Position numbers and translations under genes: made by a program
Notes under the pieces: generated by a model
Databases searched by the model: none
Told to the model about the DNA's origin: nothing
The model's input: only the letters and a program-made list of their open reading frames with translations
DNA from: Sphingomicrobium sp.
GTDB lineage: Bacteria; Pseudomonadota; Alphaproteobacteria; Sphingomonadales; Sphingomonadaceae
Direction: 5' to 3'
Length of the DNA stretch: 64,000 bases
NCBI GenBank assembly: GCA_040414585.1
Contig: JBEDUM010000175.1
Span: forward strand, 15,146-79,145
Shown: positions 47,893 through 57,738 of the stretch, piece after piece
How the letters are laid out: each line of letters starts with the position of its first letter
How positions within the stretch are numbered: the first letter of the stretch is position 1

Positions 47893-50160
47893 ATGGCAAA
47901 ACGCAAATCCGCCGGACTGCCGTCGAGGAAGCAGATCCTCGACTTCATCGCCACGTCCGACCAGCCGGCGGGGAAGCGCGAGATTGCGCGCGCGTTCGGG
48001 CTCTCGGGCCAGACGAAGATCGACCTGAAGCGTCTGCTCAAGGACATGGCCGATGAGGGGCTGATCGACAGCTCCCCCGGCCGCGCATTCCACCAGGCGG
48101 GCGGAGTGCCGAAGGTCACCGTGCTCCGTGTCGCGCAGGTCGACGAAAGCGGGAATGTCTTCGCCGTGCCAGAGCAATGGCATGCCGAAACTCCGCCGCC
48201 GAGGCTGCGCGTTATAGAGCGCGGGCGCCGTAGCGCGCTCGGCATGGGTGATCGAGTCCTCGCTCGCACGGAAGAGAAGGGCCAAGGCTGGCTAGCTCAT
48301 CCGCTGAAGAAGCTCGCGCGCTCGGCTGAGCTCACGCTGGGCGTCGTCAAGCAGGAGGGCGAGCGCTTTTGGCTGTCGCCCGTCGACAAGCGTGAGCGTC
48401 GCGAGCTGTTCATCAGCGATCTCAAGGATGCCGAACCCGGCGACCTCGTGCTGTGCGAAGTCACGGGCCGCCCGCCGCGGGTCAGCGCGCGCGTCGATGC
48501 CGTGCTCGGCGACCCATTCGCTCCCCGAAGCTTCAGTCTCATTGCCATCCACAAGCATGGGCTGCCTCATGAGTTCAGCCAGGAAGCAATCGACGAGGCG
48601 CACCGCGTTTCGACGCTTCCGCTTGGCGAGCGCGAGGACCTCACGCACCTTCCGATCGTCGCCATCGATCCCGAGGACGCTCGCGACCATGACGATGCGA
48701 TCTGGGCCGCGCCTGACGGGGAGGGTGGCTGGAACGCGATCGTCGCCATCGCCGACGTCAGCTTCTACGTCCGCCCCGGCTCCGAGCTCGACCGTGAGGC
48801 GCGGGCTCGCGGGAACAGCGTCTATTTTCCGGATCGCGTCGTGCCGATGCTTCCCGAGGAGCTGTCCGCCGACATCTGCTCGCTGAAGGCTGGCGAACCG
48901 CGCGCGGCCATGGCCTGTCATCTCAAAATTGCGAAGGACGGCACGCTAAAGAGCTGGCGTTTTACGCGAGCGAAGATTTGCGTGACTGCAAATATTGCTT
49001 ACGAGGATGCGCAGACGGTGATCGACAATACGGAAGACGAAGACCGCATAGAGGTCAGCTCTCCGACCTGCTCGATGCCGTCGATCGAAGGACCCGTTCC
49101 GCAGGAGCTGGTCGAGATGGCGCTAAAGCCCCTTTGGGGCTGCTGGCGTGCCCTGTTCGCCGCTCGAAAGAAACGCGATCCGCTTGAGCTCGACCTGCCG
49201 GAGCGCCGCGTGATGCTCGACGAGAAGGGCCGCATTGCATCGATCGCGCCGCGCGACCGTCTCGATGCGCACCGGCTGGTCGAGGACTTCATGATCGCCG
49301 CCAACGTTGCGGCTGCGCGCGCGCTCGAGGCGAAGAAGTCTCCAGTCATGTACCGTGTCCACGAGCCGCCCAGCCGTGAGAAGCTCGTAGCGCTCAAGGA
49401 TTATCTCTCGACATTCGGGATCGAGTTCTCGCTTGGCCAGGTGATCAAGCCAGGCACGTTCAACCGGATCATCGAGCGAGTTGGCGATGCAGACGGCCGC
49501 GAGGAGATCATGGAGCAACTCCTCCGCACGCAGATGCAGGCGCGCTACGCGCCCGAGCGGCTCGGGCATTTCGGGCTGGCGCTCGGGACCTATGCGCATT
49601 TCACGTCCCCGATCCGTCGCTACGCCGACCTTCTGGTCCACCGCTCGCTCGTGAAGGCATACAAGCTCGGCGACGGCGCCCTCCCGCCGGGCGATGAGGA
49701 GCGGTTCGAGCAGATCGGCGAGCAAATCTCGATGCTTGAGCGGCGCGCGATGGAGGCAGAGCGTGAGACCATCGACCGCTATGTGGCGGCCTTCCTCGCA
49801 GACCAGGTTGGGCAGCTCGTCGAATGCCGCATCACCGGGGTCCAGCCGTTCGGCTTCTTCGCCACGGTCGAGGATCTCGGCGGCGACGGACTGCTGCTCG
49901 CGAAAGATCTCGGCACCGAATATTTCCGCTACGACGAGGCAGCTCGCGCTCTTGTCGGTGATGAGAGCGGCGATGCCTACCGCGTCGGACAGCGGCTGAC
50001 GCTTCGCCTCGCGGAGGCGAACCCGATCTCAGGCTCGCTCCGCTTCGAGCTTCCCGAGGGAAGCTACGGTGGCGCGTCCGCGCCAATGCGTCGTGATCGA
50101 ATGCGCGGCCGCAGAGGGAGGCCGGCGAACATCCGCCACAGCAATCGCAAGCGCCGTTAA
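47893..50160 (+). CDS. rnr: ribonuclease R
   Basis: AIDPEDARDHDDA, IADVS, HFTSPIRRYAD, S1 domain, basic tail. Confidence 0.97.
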   Translation: MAKRKSAGLPSRKQILDFIATSDQPAGKREIARAFGLSGQTKIDLKRLLKDMADEGLIDSSPGRAFHQAGGVPKVTVLRVAQVDESGNVFAVPEQWHAETPPPRLRVIERGRRSALGMGDRVLARTEEKGQGWLAHPLKKLARSAELTLGVVKQEGERFWLSPVDKRERRELFISDLKDAEPGDLVLCEVTGRPPRVSARVDAVLGDPFAPRSFSLIAIHKHGLPHEFSQEAIDEAHRVSTLPLGEREDLTHLPIVAIDPEDARDHDDAIWAAPDGEGGWNAIVAIADVSFYVRPGSELDREARARGNSVYFPDRVVPMLPEELSADICSLKAGEPRAAMACHLKIAKDGTLKSWRFTRAKICVTANIAYEDAQTVIDNTEDEDRIEVSSPTCSMPSIEGPVPQELVEMALKPLWGCWRALFAARKKRDPLELDLPERRVMLDEKGRIASIAPRDRLDAHRLVEDFMIAANVAAARALEAKKSPVMYRVHEPPSREKLVALKDYLSTFGIEFSLGQVIKPGTFNRIIERVGDADGREEIMEQLLRTQMQARYAPERLGHFGLALGTYAHFTSPIRRYADLLVHRSLVKAYKLGDGALPPGDEERFEQIGEQISMLERRAMEAERETIDRYVAAFLADQVGQLVECRITGVQPFGFFATVEDLGGDGLLLAKDLGTEYFRYDEAARALVGDESGDAYRVGQRLTLRLAEANPISGSLRFELPEGSYGGASAPMRRDRMRGRRGRPANIRHSNRKRR

Positions 50161-50169
50161 GCAACCGTC

Positions 50170-50194
50170 GCAACTTTCCGACGCGAGGCGTATT
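50170..50194 (+). promoter_or_regulatory. candidate EcfG-type promoter GCAAC-N17-ATT
   Basis: correct spacing, both boxes imperfect; AGGAGG RBS follows. Confidence 0.25.
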
Positions 50195-50217
50195 GGTGCT
50201 GCAGGCAGGAGGTCCTT

Positions 50218-50838
50218 ATGACCTACAAGATCGCAATCATCGTCGGGAGCCTTCGCGAAGGAAGCATCAACCGGAAAGTCGCGCGGTCGATCTGCGGCTT
50301 GCGCGATGACAATCTCGATTGCTCAATGATCGAGATCGGAAATCTTCCACTCTACAACCAGGATCTCGACGCAAGCCCGCCTGAGGAATGGACCCGGTTC
50401 CGTCAGCAGGTCGCTGCCTCGGATGGCGTGCTGTTCTGTTCTCCCGAATACAACCGCGGCGTTCCCGGCGTCCTCAAGAACGCAATCGACGTCGGCTCAC
50501 GCCCCTACGGCCAGAGCGTGTTCGACAAGAAGCCGGCCGCCATCGTCACCGCTTCGCCGGGCAGCATCGGAGGCTTTGGTTCAAACCATCAGATCCGCCA
50601 GGCCTGCGTCTTCCTAAACATGCCGGTGATGCAGCAGCCCGAGGCGTATCTTGGCCACGTCACGGATGCGAGCTTCGACGACACTGGCCGCCTCAAGGAA
50701 GGCCCGCTGAAGGAACTGGTCACGACGCTGGCGCACGCATTTCACGACTGGGTCGACATGATTCATCGCTCGCGCGCTGCACTGGCGGAGGATGCGGCGC
50801 ATGCGGCACAACAGGCCGCCCTTAAGGAACACGCCTGA
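50218..50838 (+). CDS. NADPH-dependent FMN reductase (ChrR-like)
   Basis: GSLREGSIN, SPEYNRGVPG.LKNAID. Confidence 0.95.
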   Translation: MTYKIAIIVGSLREGSINRKVARSICGLRDDNLDCSMIEIGNLPLYNQDLDASPPEEWTRFRQQVAASDGVLFCSPEYNRGVPGVLKNAIDVGSRPYGQSVFDKKPAAIVTASPGSIGGFGSNHQIRQACVFLNMPVMQQPEAYLGHVTDASFDDTGRLKEGPLKELVTTLAHAFHDWVDMIHRSRAALAEDAAHAAQQAALKEHA

Positions 50839-50898
50839 CACTTGGCGGACGTTTTGGCCGTCTCCTAAGTAGTCGCCGTTGATCTTGGGAGTGAACCG

Positions 50899-51303
50899 AT
50901 GGAATTTACCTGGCTTTCGCGTTGGCAACCGCAGCTGCTCGCGCTTCTGCGGATCATGACGGGCCTGTTGTTCCTGGAGCACGCGACCCAGAAGTTCTTC
51001 GCCTTTCCGGCTCCCTTCCCGGTCCAGCCGCTGCCGACGATTCTCGTCGCGGCCGGCGTGATCGAGCTTGTCGCGGGCATCTTGATCACGCTCGGTCTGT
51101 TCACCCGGCTGGCTGCTTTCATTGCATCGGGCGAGATGGCGCTCGCCTATTTCATGATGCACTTCCCGCAAGGCTTCTGGCCGGCCGTGAACAAGGGCGA
51201 GGGCGCGATCCTTTACTGCTTCATCTTCCTCTATCTCGCCGCCGCGGGCCCGGGCGCGTGGAGCATCGACGGTGCGAGGATGCGGAGCACCCCGATAGAC
51301 TGA
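50899..51303 (+). CDS. DoxX family membrane protein
   Basis: LRIM.GLLF..H..QK, GLFTR.AAF, GPGAWSID. Confidence 0.93.
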   Translation: MEFTWLSRWQPQLLALLRIMTGLLFLEHATQKFFAFPAPFPVQPLPTILVAAGVIELVAGILITLGLFTRLAAFIASGEMALAYFMMHFPQGFWPAVNKGEGAILYCFIFLYLAAAGPGAWSIDGARMRSTPID

Positions 51304-51305
51304 AC

Positions 51306-52433
51306 CTATACGCCGCGCGCATAAGGAAATTGCGGCGCCGGCATGTCCGGCTGCGGGAAGTGCCTGCGAATCGCAGTATCGCAGATCACATAGCCCCAGT
51401 TGATCAGCCGCTCCTGCAGCTCGTCGCTCAGACCCGCGAGGCGCGTCGAGATCCGGGCCAGTTCCGTCGTCCGGTCAAACGAGGCGGGGAGGGCGTTCGG
51501 CAGACCGTAGTGCGAAACGTTCGAGCCGATCCCCCAATAGGTGCCGCGACGCCAGCCGCGCTCGCCTTCCTTCGCCTTGTAGGACGCAATCAGCTGCCGC
51601 TTCCGAAGTGATGAGACCTGCCCATAGATGATGTCGATGTCGCGCTTCGCCTGTCTCGCCCACATTGTGGCCGGAGAGGGCTCGGGCTGGAGCGCTGCCC
51701 CTGCGTCCGATACGAGCACGTTGCGATACGCCTTCCAGACCGTCTCGAGACCGAGATTGTCGTAGACGCCGCCGTCGGCGAGGCTGATGTTCGAAAGCAA
51801 GGCTTTGTCTTTGGCCGACACCTTCGAAAAATCGCTCGGGCCGACGCGCAACAGGTACGGCGACAGGAAGGGAGGGAAGGCGGACGAGGCTGCGACCGCG
51901 CTTGCCAGCGACACCCGCGGCCGCTTGACTTCACCAACCTTGTAGTCAGCCATCACGGCGCGCGAGAAGCGCCACAGCGTTCCGGTTTCGGTGTTGGTGG
52001 CATTGATGACGAACTCGGGCTTGCCCGGCAGATCTTGAAGCGTCGCATCGCCGAAGAGCAGACGCCGGTAAGCCCAGGCGACATAATCTGAAACGCGGCC
52101 CGGGAGTATCAGGCCGGCGGCGATCGCTGGAATGTCGATGGTCATTCCGGCGACGCGCCGGATCGGCTGGACGACATGATCCACGAAGTCCTGCCGCGTC
52201 TTGAGCCTGCTCCACTCGAGCCCAAGCTTCGCCGAAGTGATCGAACCGCCGGAAACACTCGAGAGGCGCGTCGCCCGTTGCAGCAGCCCCAACTCGTAAA
52301 GGCGCAAGAAGGCGCCGAGATGGAACAACATCGCCCGGTATCCGCCCCCGGAAACGCAGATTCCCATGCCGCTCGAGGGCCCACGGGTCCTTTCGTCCGC
52401 AAGCGGCGATACAGGCTCGACGAGTTGAACCAT
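51306..52433 (-). CDS. patatin-like phospholipase
   Basis: SGGGYRA, SVSGG nucleophile, DGG. Confidence 0.9.
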   Translation of the reverse strand: MVQLVEPVSPLADERTRGPSSGMGICVSGGGYRAMLFHLGAFLRLYELGLLQRATRLSSVSGGSITSAKLGLEWSRLKTRQDFVDHVVQPIRRVAGMTIDIPAIAAGLILPGRVSDYVAWAYRRLLFGDATLQDLPGKPEFVINATNTETGTLWRFSRAVMADYKVGEVKRPRVSLASAVAASSAFPPFLSPYLLRVGPSDFSKVSAKDKALLSNISLADGGVYDNLGLETVWKAYRNVLVSDAGAALQPEPSPATMWARQAKRDIDIIYGQVSSLRKRQLIASYKAKEGERGWRRGTYWGIGSNVSHYGLPNALPASFDRTTELARISTRLAGLSDELQERLINWGYVICDTAIRRHFPQPDMPAPQFPYARGV

Positions 52434-52466
52434 CGCACCCGTTCCTCTGAGGTCAACCGAGCCTTG

Positions 52467-53690
52467 TCAGGTTACCTTGGCGCGCTGGTGAAAGCGAGGT
52501 TGGTCCCATTCGCCGATCTGGAGAATCTCTTCCAGTATCTCTGCCGCTCGAACCATGTCGGTGAAGCTGTTGTAGAGCGGCGCAAAGCCGAAGCGCATCA
52601 GGTCGGGGGCTCGGAAGTCTCCAATCACTCCGCGCGCGATCAGCGCCTGCATGACGGCATAACCCTCCGGATGCGCGAACACGAGGTGACTCCCGCGAGC
52701 CTTGGGGTCGCGTGGTGATTCCAGGCGTACTGCGTCTCCGCAGCGTGTCTCGACTTCGTCGTTAAATAGCTGCGATAGCGCGCGCGACTTCGTTTCTATG
52801 TCGCGCATCGAAATACCATCGAACGTCGCAAGTCCCGCATCCAGCGCGACAAGCGCGAGGATCGACGGCGTGCCGGTGAGGAACCGTGTGATGCCCTGGC
52901 TCGGGCGGTAATCGTCGACGAACGCGAAGGGCTCGGCATGGCCCATCCATCCCTGGAGCGGGTTGCGAAGCTCGTCCTGCAGCCGCTCGGCGACATAAAT
53001 GAAGGCCGGAGCACCCGGGCCGCCGTTCAAATATTTATAGCCGCAGCCGACCGCCAGGTCGCAGCCGGTGCCGACGAGGTCGACCTGCATCGCGCCGACG
53101 CTATGCGACAGGTCCCAAACAGTGAGCGTGCCCGCGGCGTGCGCGGCCTCATTGACCTGGCGCATTTCGTAAAGAGCGGCCGAGCGATAATCGACGTGGG
53201 TGAGCGTTACGATCGCAGTGTCGTCGTCAATTGCGTCGAGCACCTCATCTGCCGCGACGGTCTTCAGCGTCAGGCCGAGCATCTCCGCGAGACCCTGCGT
53301 CACGTAAAGATCCGTCGGGAAATTCTGCCGCTGGGTCAGGATCGTCCGCTTGTCCGGCTGTGCGCGGACTGCGGCGGCAAGCAGCTTGAAAAGGCACACG
53401 CTCGTCGAATCCGCGATCAACAGCTCGCTCGGCTTCGCTCCCACGATCGGCGCGAGCCTGGCAGCAATCTTCGTCGGCCAGTCGATCCACTCGTGCTTGT
53501 TCCAGCTGGCGATCAGGTCATCACCCCATTGCCGATCCGCGGCGTTTGCGAGCGCCACCGGTGCAGCGACGGGCAACGCGCCCAGCGAATTCCCATCAAG
53601 GTAGATAACGCCTTCCGGCAGCCGGAACCGGTCGCGCGCGAAGGCGAGAGGATCGGTGTTGTCGAGTTTCTGCGCTTCTTCGAGGGTCAC
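52467..53690 (-). CDS. kynU: kynureninase
   Basis: YLDGNSLG, WDLSHS.G, GCGYKYLNGGPG, DFR.PD.MRFG. Confidence 0.96.
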   Translation of the reverse strand: MTLEEAQKLDNTDPLAFARDRFRLPEGVIYLDGNSLGALPVAAPVALANAADRQWGDDLIASWNKHEWIDWPTKIAARLAPIVGAKPSELLIADSTSVCLFKLLAAAVRAQPDKRTILTQRQNFPTDLYVTQGLAEMLGLTLKTVAADEVLDAIDDDTAIVTLTHVDYRSAALYEMRQVNEAAHAAGTLTVWDLSHSVGAMQVDLVGTGCDLAVGCGYKYLNGGPGAPAFIYVAERLQDELRNPLQGWMGHAEPFAFVDDYRPSQGITRFLTGTPSILALVALDAGLATFDGISMRDIETKSRALSQLFNDEVETRCGDAVRLESPRDPKARGSHLVFAHPEGYAVMQALIARGVIGDFRAPDLMRFGFAPLYNSFTDMVRAAEILEEILQIGEWDQPRFHQRAKVT

Positions 53691-53696
53691 TTGTCA

Positions 53697-53809
53697 GTCA
53701 TTGCGAGGAGCAGCACGCGGAGGCAAGCCGGGGTGCTTGCCGAGCATGCTGCTGCGACGAAGCAATCCAGCAATGCGCGCCTGGATTGCTTCGCTGCGCT
53801 CGCAATGAC
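53697..53809. repeat. GTCATTGCGAG-family REP doublet carrying an extra nested hairpin
   Basis: normal arms plus AGCAGCA..GGCAAGC-CGGGGT-GCTTGCC..TGCTGCT at 53709-53754. Confidence 0.9.
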
Positions 53810-53812
53810 GAA

Positions 53813-54367
53813 CTAAAGCTTGGGCAGCGTAACCCCGCGCTGCCCCATATATTTGCCGGCACGGTCGGCGTAGCTCACCTCGCACGGCTCGTTGCCCTGC
53901 AGGAACAGGAACTGACAGGCGCCTTCGTTCGCATAGACCTTCGCCGGCAGCGGCGTGGTGTTCGAAAACTCCAGCGTCACATGCCCCTCCCAGCCGGGCT
54001 CCAGCGGCGTAACGTTCACGATGATCCCGCAGCGCGCATAGGTCGACTTGCCGAGGCAGATCACCATCACATCGCGCGGCACCCGGAAATATTCGACGGT
54101 ATGGGCGAGCGCGAAGCTGTTGGGCGGGATGATGCACACGTCAGTCGTCCGGTCGACGAAGCTGTTGGACGCGAAGTTCTTCGGGTCGACGGTCGCCGAA
54201 TCCACGTTGGTGAAGATTTTGAAATGGTTCGAGACACGCGCGTCATAGCCGTAGGACGAGAGGCCGTAGCTGATGCAACCCTCGCGCCGCTGCGCCTCGA
54301 CGAAGGGCTCGATCATGCCGTTTTGCTGCGCCTGCTCGCGAATCCAGCGGTCGGATAAAATCGCCAT
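53813..54367 (-). CDS. dcd: dCTP deaminase
   Basis: [27 protein letters not shown]. Confidence 0.97.
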   Translation of the reverse strand: MAILSDRWIREQAQQNGMIEPFVEAQRREGCISYGLSSYGYDARVSNHFKIFTNVDSATVDPKNFASNSFVDRTTDVCIIPPNSFALAHTVEYFRVPRDVMVICLGKSTYARCGIIVNVTPLEPGWEGHVTLEFSNTTPLPAKVYANEGACQFLFLQGNEPCEVSYADRAGKYMGQRGVTLPKL

Positions 54368-54420
54368 GCCGAGTGCCTAACGAGGCGGTCCGACTGCTTC
54401 AATTTGGGCGGGATTATTTC

Positions 54421-54494
54421 TGTGGATGGCGGGCTTGTGACGAATTCCTGACTTCTTTCGAACCGCTGGATGATTCGTGCACAACTAATCCACA
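54421..54494. promoter_or_regulatory. DnaA-box-like sites upstream of dnaB
   Basis: TAATCCACA 54486-54494 (1 mismatch to TTATCCACA), TGTGGATGG 54421-54429, TCGTGCACA 54475-54483, GANTC at 54472. Confidence 0.5.
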
Positions 54495-54561
54495 GCTGGG
54501 CGAAACTGTGCTATCTTTGTTCTCGTTGGGTGTGGAGCCGCGCCGAGCGTAGAGGACGTTC

Positions 54562-56058
54562 ATGGCTGAAGTCGTGCGTATTGCCGAAGCGGTAGAATCC
54601 GCCGGCACCCAATCGCTCCCACAGAATGTCGAAGCGGAAGCAGCGCTTCTCGGCGCGCTGATGATCGACAACCGGCTGGTTGAGGACGTTCAGCTGAAAC
54701 TCCGGCCCGACCACTTTTTCGAATCGTTACATGGGCGTATCTACGAAGCGATTCTCCGGATGACGGACGCGAATCGAGTCGCGAACCCGGTAACCCTGCG
54801 TCCTCTGTTCGAGTCAGATGAATCGATAAAAGAAGTTGGCGGTCCGGCGTATTTGGCGCAATTGACCGGATCGGGCGCGGCCGTGATCGGCGCCCGGGAT
54901 TTTGCGCAGCAGATCTACGATCTCGCGCTTCTCCGGGCATTGGTCGGCGTAGGTCGCGGCCTGGTCGAAGGCGCGCTCGACACGAGTGAGGAAGTTGCCC
55001 CCCTCGCTCAAATCGAGCGCGCCGAGACCGAGTTATACAAGGTGGCCGAGGAGGGGGGTGCCGAGGGCAGGGCAAAGTCCTTCTCCGACGCCACCAAAGA
55101 AGCTCTCGAAATGGCCGAGCGCGCTCTCAACAGCGGCGGCCATCTGTCTGGATTCACTACAGGCTTGGAGAGCCTGAACACGAAGATCGGCGGGCTGCAT
55201 AAGTCCGACCTGATCATCGTCGCGGGCCGCCCCGGCATGGGCAAGAGCTCGCTTGCGACCAATATCGGATTCGCCTGCGCACAACGGTTCCTTCGCGATC
55301 GCGAGGACGGCATCGAGCCTACAAGATCGGCGGGGACCGCAGTTGCCATGTTCAGCCTCGAAATGTCGGCCGATCAGCTCGCGACTCGAATTCTCGCCGA
55401 GCAATCGGGGATTAGCTCCGAGAACCTGCGCATGGGCCGAATCAGCCAGCAGGAGTTCCGCCAACTCGCGCGCGCGGCGGCCGAATTGCAGAGCCTGCCG
55501 CTCTACATCGACGACACGCCGGGCCTTACCATCGCCGCGCTCCGGACCCGTGCCCGCCGGCTCAAGCGGCAGAAGGGCATCGGGATGGTCATCATCGACT
55601 ATCTCCAGCTGCTCCAGGGCACCGGCAAAGGGAGCGCGGGCGACAATCGCGTCCAGGAAATTTCGGAGATCAGCCGCGGCCTGAAGCAGCTGGCCAAGGA
55701 AATCGACGTTCCAGTTATGGCCTTGTCCCAGCTCAGTCGCGCCGTCGAGCAGCGCGAAGACAAGAGGCCGCAACTATCCGACCTTCGTGAATCCGGCTCG
55801 ATTGAGCAGGATGCCGACATCGTGCTCTTCATCTACCGCGAGGATTACTACCTCGCGGCGAAGCAGCCTGGCGACGATCATCCCGACTTCGCGGCATGGC
55901 AGGAGGAAATGGCGCGCGCCTATGGCCGGGCCGAAGTAATCGTCGCCAAGCAGCGTCACGGCTCGACCGGCAAGGTCCGCCTCAAGTTCGATAGTCGGAT
56001 CACCAAGTTCAGCGACGCAGTCGACGAGGGCTATCTGCCCGAGCTGCGCGGCGGCTGA
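54562..56058 (+). CDS. dnaB: replicative DNA helicase
   Basis: GRPGMGKS, FSLEM, IDYLQL, LSQLSR, DLRESGSIEQDAD. Confidence 0.99.
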   Translation: MAEVVRIAEAVESAGTQSLPQNVEAEAALLGALMIDNRLVEDVQLKLRPDHFFESLHGRIYEAILRMTDANRVANPVTLRPLFESDESIKEVGGPAYLAQLTGSGAAVIGARDFAQQIYDLALLRALVGVGRGLVEGALDTSEEVAPLAQIERAETELYKVAEEGGAEGRAKSFSDATKEALEMAERALNSGGHLSGFTTGLESLNTKIGGLHKSDLIIVAGRPGMGKSSLATNIGFACAQRFLRDREDGIEPTRSAGTAVAMFSLEMSADQLATRILAEQSGISSENLRMGRISQQEFRQLARAAAELQSLPLYIDDTPGLTIAALRTRARRLKRQKGIGMVIIDYLQLLQGTGKGSAGDNRVQEISEISRGLKQLAKEIDVPVMALSQLSRAVEQREDKRPQLSDLRESGSIEQDADIVLFIYREDYYLAAKQPGDDHPDFAAWQEEMARAYGRAEVIVAKQRHGSTGKVRLKFDSRITKFSDAVDEGYLPELRGG

Positions 56059-56118
56059 TTGGGGATGATCGCGCCCGCGCGCTGGTGGGACGCGCGGACG
56101 CGGTCATTGGGTGGGGGT

Positions 56119-56146
56119 GAGGGCGCCGGCTCGGTCCGGCGCCCTC
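56119..56146. terminator. hairpin between convergent dnaB and L,D-transpeptidase genes
   Basis: GAGGGCGCCGG-CTCGGT-CCGGCGCCCTC 11-bp stem. Confidence 0.65.
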
Positions 56147-56156
56147 TGCATGGGGG

Positions 56157-57665
56157 CTATGGCCCGATGTCTTCGCCCTGGCGCTGATAGGCCTGGCGGG
56201 GAGCGCCTCGCACAAGCCCAAGCGCCATCGCGACATCGTCGTCCCAGCCATAGACGTCCGGGCGGAACTGTACTCGGCCGCCGTCGAAAAAAGCCGTGTG
56301 ATAAAAGAGCCGAACCGGGATCCTGGTCTTCAACTTCACCCATTTTTCGTCGCCGCTGGAGAGAGCTTCATCGAACTGAGGAAATACCCCATCTTGATCA
56401 GTGAGCATCGCCGCGAACTGGAGGGCGTTCTGAACTCGAACGCAGCCGTGGCTTCGATGACGGTCCGGCAATGCGAACAGCGCCTTGGCCGGCGTGTCGT
56501 GCATGTAGATCTGCTGCGGATCCTCCATGTCGAACTTGACCTGGCCGAGCGAATTCTTCGGCCCTGGCAGCTGCACCAGCCTGCCGTTCTGGAAGGTCAT
56601 GTGGTTCGCGGCGAAATATCCCCGGCCCTTTTCGGCCAACTCTTCCTCGTAGATCGAGTCAGGAATCCGCCAGTAGGGATTTGCGACCAGTTGCGAGAAT
56701 GAAGCCTGGATCTGTGGCGTCGGCTTGTCGGGCTCACCGGGGACGACGTTCCGATGATCAATCTGCTGACCGTCGCGCCAGTAATCGAGGAATGCGGCCG
56801 CCGTGTTGACGTCGATGCGGGTCCCGGGTGGCTCGCGTTCGAGCCAGCGAAGGCGTTCCATCCCAATCGCGAGCTGGCGCGCGAGGCCAGCGGGGCCAAG
56901 GTTCAGAATTCCGATCGTGTCATCATCGATCACGCCCGTCGGCTTCAGGCCCCAGTCCGCCTGCAGTCTCTTCACGGCGGTGATGAGCTGCGGCGTGTAA
57001 CGCTGCGACAGCTCCGGAGACGCGCCGTCCAGATAGCCCTCGGCGATCAGTGCCGCGGCAACGAATGGCACCCGAACGTCGCTGCGCCCTGGCTTGATCT
57101 TCCTGCCGGAGGGGATTTCTGATGGCTTGTCCTTCGCCGCCATCGCGAGGAAGCGGAGGTGCGCCTGGCTGAACGCGCGATACTCGTCTGTCTGCGGCGG
57201 AAGCGACGCATACCAATCCTCAAGGTTTCCCGTGTCGAGCGCCTGCGCGAGTCCCCGGGCCACATCGGTATTCGCTCGAGGGATCGTGTAGACTGCGCTG
57301 ATCTTCTTCGGATCCGCCGCGCCGCGCGCGAGAGCGGACGCATATTTGAGCGCCGCGGTCGTCAGAGCCGCCTCGCGGGCGTTCGCATCTTTCGGCAGGG
57401 GCTGTTTGAGGAATAGGTCCGGCTTCAACCCGTTCGCGGGCGCCTGGGCAATGATATCGAGCAGCGCCTTTTCGGACTTATTGTCCCAGGCGGCCTTCCA
57501 CTGCCGAGTCTCATAGAAGGCGCGGACCTGCGGATCGCTGGCGGTTGATTGAAGCGTGCTCGTGTCGGCATGCTTGCGGCCGAACGGGAGGCGGTCACAG
57601 GCCGAAGCGGAAACGCAAAACAAGGCAAGGATCAGCGCCCTGCCAACGCAATTACTGGCTTTCAC
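56157..57665 (-). CDS. L,D-transpeptidase (YcbB/LdtD-like) lipoprotein with PG-binding domain
   Basis: ASAC lipobox, AVKRLQ..GL, IYMHDTP, SHGCVRV. Confidence 0.93.
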   Translation of the reverse strand: MKASNCVGRALILALFCVSASACDRLPFGRKHADTSTLQSTASDPQVRAFYETRQWKAAWDNKSEKALLDIIAQAPANGLKPDLFLKQPLPKDANAREAALTTAALKYASALARGAADPKKISAVYTIPRANTDVARGLAQALDTGNLEDWYASLPPQTDEYRAFSQAHLRFLAMAAKDKPSEIPSGRKIKPGRSDVRVPFVAAALIAEGYLDGASPELSQRYTPQLITAVKRLQADWGLKPTGVIDDDTIGILNLGPAGLARQLAIGMERLRWLEREPPGTRIDVNTAAAFLDYWRDGQQIDHRNVVPGEPDKPTPQIQASFSQLVANPYWRIPDSIYEEELAEKGRGYFAANHMTFQNGRLVQLPGPKNSLGQVKFDMEDPQQIYMHDTPAKALFALPDRHRSHGCVRVQNALQFAAMLTDQDGVFPQFDEALSSGDEKWVKLKTRIPVRLFYHTAFFDGGRVQFRPDVYGWDDDVAMALGLVRGAPRQAYQRQGEDIGP

Positions 57666-57738
57666 ATGCGGCTGAACGCATGGCCGTTCCGTTCGGTGCC
57701 ATTAGCTTGCTCGCCTGTCCCCCGGACGGCTGCGCGAG

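Noticed and set aside
47760-48285. ORFs containing RHCEEQSDEAIQ / SLRGAKRRSNP
   Set aside because: These are translations of the REP repeat plus antisense rnr, not genes.
49030-49110. EVSSPTCSMPSIEGPVP segment in RNase R as another repeat insertion
   Set aside because: The DNA is not palindromic and matches none of the three repeat families; at most a lineage-specific loop.
50839-50870. ACTTGGCGGACGTT as a fourth TGTCCGCTT-family copy
   Set aside because: Only about 6 nt match and there is no partner arm; cannot be told from chance.
16335-53809. REP copies as a CRISPR array
   Set aside because: Dispersed, long inverted doublets with no regular spacers and no cas genes.
54380-54560. oriC between dcd and dnaB
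   Set aside because: Short spacer, one good DnaA box, no AT-rich unwinding element; a regulated promoter fits better.
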